Of a stretch of DNA of 64,000 nucleotides, positions 8,356 to 17,600 are shown in pieces. A program made the position numbers and the translations under genes. The stretch's first letter is position 1; each line of letters opens with the position of its first letter. A model generated the notes under the pieces. It did not search any database, was not told the DNA's origin, and saw only the letters and a list, made by a program, of their open reading frames with translations. Origin of the DNA: an uncultured Lentimicrobiaceae bacterium (lineage in GTDB: Bacteria > Bacteroidota > Bacteroidia > Bacteroidales > 4484-276); the NCBI GenBank assembly GCA_964523795.1, contig CAZGAO010000017.1:15-64014 (forward strand), read 5' to 3'.

Positions 8356-9388
8356 TATCCAAAATATCCACACCCGGCTCGACAGCTTTGAACTGGACAT
8401 TGCAGAACTAAGCATTGATAAAGGCGAGTATTTTGTTCTGGCAGGACCCTCGGGTTCTGGCAAAACAATCCTGCTCGAATTGATTGCCGGCATTTATAAA
8501 ACCCGCCCGCCCGGAAAAATTCTTCTTGATGGCAAAGACATTACGCATCACAAAATGCAGGACAGAAAGGTGGGGATGGTTTTTCAGGATAATACGCTAT
8601 TTCCACATCTTTCAGTTCTGAAAAATATCGAGTTTGCGTTCAAACATAAAAATCAGGAGCGTGCTAAAATTGTTGAGCGTCTGGCAGGCCAATTCCGATT
8701 GCACGACTTATTAGCCCGGGATCCCAAAACCCTTTCGGGCGGAGAGATACAACGTGTTGTCCTGGCTCGCACCCTGGCCTCCAATCCCGACATCCTGCTG
8801 CTTGACGAACCCCTCTCGGCCATCGACACCAGCCAGAAAGACCAATTGAAAATCCTGCTCAGGCAATTGAACCGCCAGGGACAAACCATCATCCACGTTA
8901 CGCACGACTTTGAGGAAGCCTACACGCTGGCGACAAAAATGGGCATTATGCACCAGGGCAAAATTGTGAGCACCGGCAGTCCGCAATCTATCTATCAAAA
9001 TCCTAAAAATAATTTTGTGGCTCGCTTTTGCGGATACAAAAATTATTTTGAAGCCCAAACTGCCGACAACAAAAAGCTGTGTATTGGTAAAAATATTTGC
9101 CTTGAACTCAGGGGAGATATTGCCCCAAACTCGAATTGCAAACTACTTATTGATGAAAGAAAAATTGAATTTATAGCTCAGACAGCAAAATCCCAACAGA
9201 TAAACACTTTTGATGGAATTGTAGAGGATGCCTACAATGCCCTGCCGGGGATTGAATATCGAATAGACATTGGGATTCAGGTTATCGTTTGGGAAAATTC
9301 AGGGACAATATCAAGACCAAAATACCACCCGAAAGATCGGGTACAAATACATTTCCCGGATGATTCGCTTCGGATAATTATGGGATGA
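8348..9388 (+). CDS. ABC transporter ATP-binding protein with C-terminal TOBE-like extension
   Basis: Walker A GPSGSGKT, signature LSGGEIQRV and Walker B ILLLDEP. About 110 aa of extra C-terminal sequence, as in ModC/WtpC-type ATPases. Confidence 0.85.
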   Translation: MLNIQNIHTRLDSFELDIAELSIDKGEYFVLAGPSGSGKTILLELIAGIYKTRPPGKILLDGKDITHHKMQDRKVGMVFQDNTLFPHLSVLKNIEFAFKHKNQERAKIVERLAGQFRLHDLLARDPKTLSGGEIQRVVLARTLASNPDILLLDEPLSAIDTSQKDQLKILLRQLNRQGQTIIHVTHDFEEAYTLATKMGIMHQGKIVSTGSPQSIYQNPKNNFVARFCGYKNYFEAQTADNKKLCIGKNICLELRGDIAPNSNCKLLIDERKIEFIAQTAKSQQINTFDGIVEDAYNALPGIEYRIDIGIQVIVWENSGTISRPKYHPKDRVQIHFPDDSLRIIMG

Positions 9389-9399
9389 CTCAAATACAA

Positions 9400-10104
9400 T
9401 TAAAACCGGTAATAAACCCCGGCATTCACGCCAATCGACCACAGATAGTATTCCATTGCATCCGAATTGATGGGCATGAGCGAACGGCGGTAAATGGGTT
9501 CGAGGTGAAGCGAAATTTTGTCGGAAATGCGGTAGTCGATGCCCAGGCCTGCAAGCATTACCAGGTTGATGGTATTAGCACTCATGGAGCTTTCGGACTT
9601 GTATGTTTCTTCTTCGCCGTTGTCATATTTAAATTCATCAAAATAATTGTAATCCAGATAAATGGATGGAGAAAGACCGGCGGTAGCAAATAAGCGAAGA
9701 CGGTTTTGGAGGATATAAAATTTGGCGCTTAGGGGAATATCGAGGTAATAAAAATGATCGAAATACCTGGCTTCACCAAGACGAGCTCCTTGAATATTGG
9801 TAGATGGAATCCAGGACGACTTGTAGCCCTTGTTGGCAAAGTGAAGCCCCGCCTCCAGACCAAGCCAGGCATTGAACTGATAATTGAGATTCAGTCCGGT
9901 GGTATATCCAAAGTCAGGTTCAATAATATCTTTAACAAAATTGGGTATATCCGGATCGGTCAATTTTGTAATCGTACTTGAATAATCGGGCGAAAAGCTA
10001 AGCCCCAGACATAATCGCCCCTTGTTTTCTTGCTCGGTGGTTTGCGAAAATCATAAGTGGGCAGCAAAAATGCAGATGGAAAGCAGTAATACTATTTTTT
10101 TCAT
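9400..10104 (-). pseudogene. outer-membrane beta-barrel (porin-family) protein interrupted by in-frame TGA at codon 18
   Basis: The ATG at 10104 gives MKKIVLLLSICIFAAHL. A TGA follows at 10051-10053, and the same frame continues FSQTTEQENKGRLCLGLSFSPDYS...YYRF (C-terminal aromatic residue). The track ORF 9400-9963 is only the downstream part, from a TTG. Confidence 0.6.
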
Positions 10105-10134
10105 TTTTTTAAATTTAACGGTGTCGCGTAAAAT

Positions 10135-10707
10135 CTATTCTCCCCCACCAGTCGTAGGGAAATCCTCATTTACAATGTCAAAAATACTTTCGGCAATATT
10201 ATAAGTGATGGAAGGTGTGTATCGCTGTCCTAATTTTGGTTTCCAATAACGCCCATGAGCCAACCAATGGCGATAGTTTAAAAGGCTCAAAAAGCTACTA
10301 AAATCATTTTTACGTGAAGAAATTATTTCCTCCCAACTTTCAACAATATCATTTTCTAAGGATATTATAATTCCTTTATTTTTTTCTATATTTCTAAATT
10401 TTCTTCCTATTTCAGATTTATCTTTATTATATACTTTGGTATAGAAGTCTGACCGTAAAACAGCCTCAGTAGCAGAAATTAAGTCAAAACAAACCAAATG
10501 CTCCAATTCTTCTTCACTGTCTTCAAAGTATTAATTGAGCTCATCAGTAGTTAATCCAAAAAATTTAGAATTAATCACTTTTGATGCATTAATAATTGCA
10601 CCAAATATTTTTGTTCTAAAATCAAGTAAACCCTCCTTTTGGTCTTCGTACCAGCTCCAAATAAACTGGATAGATTGTTCTTTATCCGATAACGAAACTT
10701 TTGTCAT
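10135..10707 (-). pseudogene. HEPN-like protein (R-x4-H motif) interrupted by in-frame TAA at codon 59
   Basis: The ATG at 10707 overlaps the upstream stop (TAATG). After 58 codons (MTKVSLSDKEQSIQFIWSWYEDQKEG...TTDELN) a TAA occurs at 10531-10533. The same frame continues into track ORF 10135-10506, which contains YRHWLAHGRYW (Rx4H, HEPN-type). Confidence 0.5.
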
Positions 10708-11159
10708 TATACCAAATCTTGAATTATTTCCTTAAATGATTCAGGGTTAACATTCCAGGTTTCCAATTTTGGTGTTCTTTTCGCAAACTTCCAATTACCC
10801 CATTCAGGCTGAATAATTAGCGTTTCACCTTTGGACCCTCTCATATCTATTCTACCATAAGAACCAATGATTAAAGTCCCTTTTGGTGTTAATGAAATAA
10901 TATCATTCCCTAAATAGATATCTAAACGCCTTGTTTGGTATTGCCCTATATACTCTTCATTAAGCGTGATTTCTTTATCATCCTTAATTTGGATAAATCC
11001 TTTTTCTTCAAAAGTTTTTAGCCACCCTCGGATATTGGTGTATAATTCGCTAATTGATTTTAACCAATTTATTTTTCTTTCTTCCCAATTGATTTTATTT
11101 TTCCCGTCTTCTTGTTTCTTTTTTAAAAGAAAATCTTCAAATGTATCTATCTGTTTCAT
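10707..11159 (-). CDS. hypothetical protein (150 aa), upstream partner of the HEPN-like gene
   Basis: Intact ORF in a visibly AT-rich segment. Its stop overlaps the downstream start by 1 nt. No family recognised. Confidence 0.55.
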   Translation of the reverse strand: MKQIDTFEDFLLKKKQEDGKNKINWEERKINWLKSISELYTNIRGWLKTFEEKGFIQIKDDKEITLNEEYIGQYQTRRLDIYLGNDIISLTPKGTLIIGSYGRIDMRGSKGETLIIQPEWGNWKFAKRTPKLETWNVNPESFKEIIQDLV

Positions 11160-11184
11160 AATTGTATATGTTTTTCTAATTACA

Positions 11185-11214
11185 AAGGTAATTGTTTTCT
11201 GTCAAAATTACCTT
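11185..11214. promoter_or_regulatory. inverted repeat aaggtaatt-N12-aattacctt upstream of the 150-aa gene (possible operator)
   Basis: Perfect 9-bp arms at 11185-11193 and 11206-11214, 26-55 nt upstream of the ATG at 11159. Confidence 0.25.
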
Positions 11215-11240
11215 GAATCCTAAATATCAGAATATGGCAA

Positions 11241-11275
11241 AAAAAAGACCTCCCGATTTGGAAGGTCTTTTTTAT
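11241..11275. terminator. bidirectional rho-independent terminator
   Basis: Hairpin aagacct...aggtctt flanked by an A-run on the left and a T-run on the right. Lies just downstream of the minus-strand gene ending at 11294. Confidence 0.6.
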
Positions 11276-11293
11276 AAATTAAAAATATTTGTT

Positions 11294-14014
11294 CTATTTA
11301 GTTTTTAATACCTTAATCGCATCGATGTGATTTTCGCTGATAATTTGTATCAGATAAACGCCTTTGCCAATGGCCTGGTCATTTCTTCCGGGCATCCAAA
11401 CTAATTGATTGGAATTTAAGACCGATCCCAAAAATTCTTTGACCACCTGTCCCTGAATATCCATAATTATCACACTTTCCACCGTTTCGATGGAATTGGA
11501 TAAGTCGATGGTGAGCTTGTCGGTGAAGGGGCTGGGATAGGTATTCACTTTGGTTTTGTTCGGATCTTTAACGCTCCCCAATAAATCGGGGTTCACAGCC
11601 AAAAACATGTAATAGTCCGCGACATTTGTGGTAACATACACCGAATCGTAGAGGTATTCATAATTGTCCATTACTCCCGGCATAATGGCTACATAAAAGG
11701 TCATTTCTTCACCGGCTTGCAAAATATGGGGAAAGGTTTGTGAAATATTTTCTGTGGTCCATCCTATATCCCCGATTCCTGATTCCTGAATATCGAGTAC
11801 CTCAACAGCTGCCTCAGAATTATTCATAATGGTAGCCATCTGATACATATCTTCGGGTAGCGTTACCCACATCGTATCAGGTGTAACACTTAAATATCCC
11901 ATCGCAGTTACTTCAAAATGTACGGGTATTTCCAATTCGGGATGGTCGGGGTCGTTGGAGCTAATTGTTAGCGAGCCTTCGTGGATTCCGGCTTCCAGTT
12001 CTGCGGCATTGCAGGCAATGTTGATATTGATGCAATCGCCCGGAGCCAGGATTCCCGACACAGCTTCAGCCAAAAGCCATTCGATATCGCTAATCACAAT
12101 GGTAAACTCAAGCTGAATATTAGTAGCCTGATGGCCGCCATCGCCGTAGGTATCCTCGATCCACATCCGCCAGGTACCATTCATCTCTTCGCCGTTAAAG
12201 GCCATCATGTCCACCGTGTAATTTCCAGAAGGATTTGCTGACGCAATGGTAGCCTGTGTTCCTGCAGGCGACATCAGATGAAAACTACTCTCCTCGGGGT
12301 AGTTGTCGGTATCCCAATCATAAGTAATCAAAAGACCTTCGACGCTTTCCGAGCTTGTAACTTCAAATTCGGCCCAGCCTTCCTCATCCCAGGTATTGTA
12401 GTCATAAGCATTCGAGGCCGGACTATCCCCCACCTCGTAGCTTATTTCGCCATAAACTGCGGTGTTGGCTTCGATATCAAAGTACAAATCCAGTTCGCCG
12501 GTATTACAAATAGTAAGTACTTCGCTGCTCGTGCCTCCCACAGGAGCACTGGTGCTGATTTCGCCGGGCGTAACGTTGATGTAGGCAAAAGCCTGTTGGC
12601 CGGCAAAAAATACATGCGGATCAGCCGCACCGATAAAGGGATGGTATTGATGGTTGCCGTTTTGGTCGGCGGCATATAGGTAATAATCAATTTGATTGCC
12701 CTGCTCAGCACCGGTGATGGTGCCTTCCCAAACTTGGCCACCGGTGTTGCTCATCATCGCGGTGAGCCATTCGCCCTGGTTAATTCTGTAATTGATGAGC
12801 ACCGAATCGCTGTAAAGTTCTGCTCCGCTAAAGGCTTTGATGGTGGCTTCCAAAGTATAATCGCCCTTTACATCCTGGTCGCCCATCAATGCCACATGAT
12901 GAATGTGTATCATATTTTGGTCGGCGATGCCCTTGGTGCGACAATGCAGGGCATCGGTGGATTCCCAGCTTCCGGTAAAGCCAAAAACTTCGTAGCCCGG
13001 CATGGCTTCCTCATAAGAGGCCAGAGCTTCGTCATCCCATTGCGAGTTGGTAATGGGCACAAATACCCGATCGTTGAGAATGAGCGAATTGGTGTAAGGC
13101 TGATTTTGCGGGGTGTAAACCCTATAAACCTCGAAGGGCGTACCAAAGGAAGAAGCTTGGTTGGCGTAATAATCTGCCGTAGCTTCTATTTCGTCGTATT
13201 GCGGATGCGATTCGGGAACCGAGCGAATCAGCACCTTGTCGTAGTCCAAAAATTTTCCCCAGCAGTCGATGTGGTCGATGTAGGTATTGTTGGGATCCTG
13301 CACCACCATATAATTTTCGATACCAAGGTAATCCTCAAATATCTGGGCAACCTGGTCGTGGGTGTAAGCGGGGTTTTCGTCCCAAATAAGTTGCGATGAT
13401 GAAGCCATCCCCATGCCGTTGCACATATAATTTCCGCCGGCCGTTTCGATGTCCATTTCAAAAAGATTAAAGCCAAATTCCTGGGCAACCTTCGATGGTA
13501 TGGCGTTGTCGGTGGGGCGTGGACGGTTGTAGGTAAAATCGACAATTCCCAGTTCATCGTTGCCGTCAATCACAAACCAGGGGCCGTAGTCGCGCGTCCA
13601 GTAAGAATCGGAAGGGGCGATAAGAAACTCGCAGTTGTCGAGGTTTACGCCCTGATTGTTGTATTGATTGGTAACGAGGGTTTGCTCGTTGGTGTTGGCA
13701 AGGAGGGTAGTAATCTTGCACTGCTGTGACATCTCGGCAATCAGGTTGTAAGGGATGCCAAAACCGATTACAGAATCGTAGCGGATCAACACCGATTGCA
13801 TTTTTTCGAACTCGGCGATATTGGTAACCGGGCCATCCGGCGGATCGGTAACTTGTTTGTCGATCCCGATCAGATGTTTCAGTTTGGCCTCTTCGGGGCT
13901 CATCCAATGTTTGAGAGTAGGCGTTTTGCCTTTGTCCTGGGCACTAAGCGCAGGGCTGAGCAAGAGCAGGAAAAATGAAAGCAGCACGAGTTTTTGGGTA
14001 GAGAAGTACTTCAT
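11294..14014 (-). CDS. agmatine deiminase / PAD_porph-family deiminase with P-domain-like module and T9SS C-terminal sorting domain
   Basis: YWTRDYGPWF, YIDHIDCWGKF and TDALHCRTKG (catalytic HC) are deiminase motifs. NGTWRMWIEDTYGDGG is proprotein-convertase P-domain-like. The C-terminus VNTYPSPFTDKLTIDL...GVYLIQII...VLKTK is a T9SS CTD. I chose the start at Met18 (14014) because MKYFSTQKLVLLSFFLLLLSPALSAQ is a signal peptide. Confidence 0.85.
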   Translation of the reverse strand: MKYFSTQKLVLLSFFLLLLSPALSAQDKGKTPTLKHWMSPEEAKLKHLIGIDKQVTDPPDGPVTNIAEFEKMQSVLIRYDSVIGFGIPYNLIAEMSQQCKITTLLANTNEQTLVTNQYNNQGVNLDNCEFLIAPSDSYWTRDYGPWFVIDGNDELGIVDFTYNRPRPTDNAIPSKVAQEFGFNLFEMDIETAGGNYMCNGMGMASSSQLIWDENPAYTHDQVAQIFEDYLGIENYMVVQDPNNTYIDHIDCWGKFLDYDKVLIRSVPESHPQYDEIEATADYYANQASSFGTPFEVYRVYTPQNQPYTNSLILNDRVFVPITNSQWDDEALASYEEAMPGYEVFGFTGSWESTDALHCRTKGIADQNMIHIHHVALMGDQDVKGDYTLEATIKAFSGAELYSDSVLINYRINQGEWLTAMMSNTGGQVWEGTITGAEQGNQIDYYLYAADQNGNHQYHPFIGAADPHVFFAGQQAFAYINVTPGEISTSAPVGGTSSEVLTICNTGELDLYFDIEANTAVYGEISYEVGDSPASNAYDYNTWDEEGWAEFEVTSSESVEGLLITYDWDTDNYPEESSFHLMSPAGTQATIASANPSGNYTVDMMAFNGEEMNGTWRMWIEDTYGDGGHQATNIQLEFTIVISDIEWLLAEAVSGILAPGDCININIACNAAELEAGIHEGSLTISSNDPDHPELEIPVHFEVTAMGYLSVTPDTMWVTLPEDMYQMATIMNNSEAAVEVLDIQESGIGDIGWTTENISQTFPHILQAGEEMTFYVAIMPGVMDNYEYLYDSVYVTTNVADYYMFLAVNPDLLGSVKDPNKTKVNTYPSPFTDKLTIDLSNSIETVESVIIMDIQGQVVKEFLGSVLNSNQLVWMPGRNDQAIGKGVYLIQIISENHIDAIKVLKTK

Positions 14015-14178
14015 AATTTGTGGTATTAATAAATGAGTGATTCGACAAAAAAATAGTGGATGCAAAAATAGTTAATTTGTGTTAAGAAGGGTGTTTTGTT
14101 ATTCGTTATCCGTTATCCGTGAGTTGATATCTGTGAATTGTTATCCGTGATTCGTGAATTATTGTGATGTAACGCAGC

Positions 14179-14264
14179 CAGAGACGCGCAAAAAATATTA
14201 GAAAGTTAACAGAGACGCGCAAAAAATATTAGAAAGTTAACAGAGACGCGCAAATTGCGCGTCT
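14179..14264. repeat. 31-bp tandem repeat (2.4 copies) ending in a 21-nt palindrome
   Basis: cagagacgcgcaaaaaatattagaaagttaa at 14179-14209 and 14210-14240, with a partial third copy running into agacgcgcaaattgcgcgtct (14244-14264). Confidence 0.85.
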
Positions 14265-14333
14265 GTACAAGCTATCCACTTGTTTGGCTCTATCTATAAA
14301 TTGATCGTTTTTATACATCAGGATTTCATTTTT

Positions 14334-14431
14334 CGATATTCGATATTCGATATTCGATATTCGATATTCGATATTCGATATTCGGTATTCAATATTCGGC
14401 ATTTAATATTCGGTATTCAATATTCAGTATT
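14334..14431. repeat. 7-bp microsatellite (cgatatt) x7 perfect plus ~7 degenerate copies
   Basis: Read directly from the sequence: cgatatt repeats at 14334-14382, then cggtatt, caatatt, cggcatt, taatatt, cggtatt, caatatt, cagtatt. Confidence 0.9.
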
Positions 14432-14452
14432 TAATTTCAAATAAATCATTTT

Positions 14453-14480
14453 GTACAGACGCGATGCATCGCGTCTGTAC
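14453..14480. repeat. perfect 28-bp palindrome gtacagacgcgatgcatcgcgtctgtac
   Basis: Perfect inverted repeat. It shares the cagacgc core with the 14179 repeats and the 60.6-kb array. Confidence 0.9.
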
Positions 14481-14698
14481 CATCCATCATTCCACAAGTC
14501 CTTGATCCAACAAATCCAGACGCACGTCCCCCGAAAAGTCAGGGCAGGCTGTGCGCCTCCACCTCCTATAACCCACTTCTCATCGTGCTACTCCTTATGT
14601 TAAAAAATCATTATATCTTCACCCATAATGAATCTCGCGCACATCACATTGCGCAAAAACGGTACTTTTGCCGACTGATTTTTAAAATGATTATAAAT

Positions 14699-17600
14699 AT
14701 GGATAATAAAACATTAAATAAACCCAATTATATTTTTGAAACCAGTTGGGAAGTCTGCAATATGATCGGGGGTATTTACACCGTGCTCTCCAGCAAAGTC
14801 CCTTCGATGGTAAAAGAATACGGCGACAATTACATCAGCATTGGCCCGGACGTGTGGAAAGAAACCCGCGAGAATCCTGATTTTATCGAAGACCGCAACC
14901 TGCTTAAATCATGGCGTGAGGCCGCAGCACTCGATGATCTCCACTTTAGGGTTGGTCGCTGGAATGTTGAAGGCAAGCCCATAGCAATATTGGTGGACTT
15001 CACCACGCTATTCCCCAAGAAAGATAAGATTTTCACCGCCTTGTGGGATAAGTATAAGGTGGACTCGCTAAGTGGTGGTTGGGACTATATCGAGCCGGCC
15101 ATGTTTGGCTATGCCGTAGGTCAGGTTATCGAAAGTTTTTATAAGTTTAAGCTCTCCTTCTCTGACAAGGTTGTGGCACACTTTCACGAGTGGATGACCG
15201 GCACAGGTGTGCTCTATCTCAACCAAAATTTACCACAGGTAGCCACAGTGTTTACAACCCATGCCACCACCATTGGCCGGGCCATTTCCGGTAACGGGTT
15301 TCCACTTTACAGCCAGCTCAAGAGCTACAATGGCGAAAATATGGCCCGCCGCTTTGGGATGATGTCGCGCTTTTCGCTGGAGCAAAAATCGGCAATGGCT
15401 GCCGATGCCTTTACCGCTGTAAGCAAAACTACCTCCGATGAAGCTGAAGTGTTACTTGAAAAAGCCGTGGATGTGGTAACTCCCAATGGTTTTTCACCTT
15501 CGATGATTCTGGAAAAAGCGGATGCCGATAAAAAAAGAGCAACAGCCCGCAAAAAATTGTTGCAGGTAGCCCAGGCTCTGCTCAATCAAAAGATTGGGGA
15601 TGATGCTTTTCTTACTATAACCAGCGGACGCTATGAGTTTCGTAACAAGGGAATTGACTTATTTATTGCGGCTCTGGGGAAATTAGCCAAAGCCAATCCG
15701 GAAAGAGAAATTCTGGCTTTTATAAAAATACCAGCCAACCATTCAGGCCCTGACCCCGAGCTACTCAAGCGTATTGAACAGCCCGATTTTAAAAACCCGC
15801 TCAGCGAGGTTTACCTTACCCATGGCTTGTACAATTATAGCAGCGATGCCATTATTCAGGAAATTCATAAGCATGGTCTAAAGAATTTGGCCGGCGATAA
15901 GGTGAAGATCATTTTTGTTCCGGCATATCTTAACGGACAGGATGGCGTTTTCGACATGCGTTATTACGACTTGCTTGCAGGTTTCGACTTCACAGTTTTC
16001 CCCTCCTACTACGAACCATGGGGCTACACACCCTTGGAAAGCATCGCCTTCCGTGTGCCTACCCTCACTACCTGCCAGGCCGGTTTTGGCCAATGGGTTA
16101 ACGAAACCTTTGGCGAAGATCATCCCTCGGTAGTAGTAGCCGACCGCACCGATGAAAACGAAGATGAGCTTGTAAAACAAATTGCCGCTTCAATCAAACA
16201 CTACCTTTCGTTAGCAGCAAAGCCGATGGAAGCAGTGCGCAAAAATGCCTTCGATATTGCCAGCCAGGCCGCATGGTCTAATTTTATTAATAATTATCGC
16301 ATTGCCTACGATATAGCACTTACCAAAACCAGCGGGCGCGGCGAAGCTTTACCTAAGGACTTTATTAAAGATAAAAAGCGGATATTGGTGGAAGCACCCC
16401 AGCAGGATCTTCCGGTGTGGAAACGCATTACCATCGAGCCCAGCGTACCTGCAAAACTCAAAGGCTTGCAGGAGATGTCGCGCAACCTGTGGTGGTCGTG
16501 GAACTTTAAGGCCACTGAGATGTTCGAATCCATCAATCCAAAACTATGGAAAGAATATCATGAAAACCCCATCGAGTTGCTCGATTCGCTGAGCATCTAC
16601 GAATGGAAAGCCCTGGAAGAAAACCAGGCTTTCATGGATAAATACAAGGAGAGCTACACCAAGTTTAAAACTTACATCGAAGCGACTAAACAAAAGCCAG
16701 AGGCACGCATAGCTTATTTCAGCATGGAGTATGGGCTTCATCAGTCCTTTAAACTCTATTCGGGAGGCTTGGGCATTTTGGCCGGCGATTATCTGAAAGA
16801 GGCCAGCGATTCAAATGAGAATTTGGTGGCCGTGGGTTTGCTCTACCGCTATGGCTATTTCCAGCAAAGTATTTCCCTCTTTGGTGATCAGGTGGCACAA
16901 TACCAGCCACAAAAGTTTTCGCAACTTCCCATCGTAAAGGTTTTGAACGAGCAAGGCGAACAGATGTCTATTAAGATTGGCCTCCCCGGGCGTACCCTTT
17001 ATGCCCGTGTGTGGCGATGCGATGTGGGTCGTATCCCTCTGTATTTGATGGATACCGACTTTGAAGAAAATCAGGATGTCGATCGCTCTATCACTCACCA
17101 ACTGTATGGTGGCGAACTCGAAAACCGCTTAAAGCAGGAAATCCTCCTTGGCATCGGGGGCATCCGAATACTGGAAGCCATGGGTATCCAACCCGACATT
17201 TACCACAGCAACGAGGGTCATTCGGCATTTATCAGCTTGGAACGCCTGCGTTATTTAATCCAGGAAGAAAAACTGAATTTCACCACCGCCTTCGAGGTAG
17301 TTCGCTCTTCGACACTCTTTACTACCCATACGCCGGTGCCGGCAGGCCACGATTATTTTAACGAAGACCTGCTGCGTACCTACTTTCCTCATTATCCCGA
17401 AAGGCTAAATATTAGCTGGGATCAGATGATGAATCTTGGAAAATTCCATGCCAACAACCCCCACGAGTTATTTTCGATGAGCGTACTGGCCGCCCGACTA
17501 TCGCAGGAAGTTAACGGCGTAAGCCGCATCCACGGCCGTGTATCGCAAGAAATGTTTGCGCCCCTGTTCGAGGGTTATTACCCCGAAGAATCGCACATAG

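Noticed and set aside
9400-10707. Stop-codon reassignment (TGA or TAA read as sense) as an explanation for the in-frame stops
   Set aside because: Well-conserved genes in the same window terminate normally on TGA (e.g. the histidine kinase at 37339-37341), TAA and TAG at the expected C-termini. A recoded genetic code is therefore not supported.
12692-13399. 235-aa plus-strand ORF
   Set aside because: Antisense to the deiminase gene, whose frame carries the catalytic motifs.
14179-14253. Possible CRISPR-like 31-bp repeats
   Set aside because: The copies are contiguous with no spacers, and there are only 2.4 of them.
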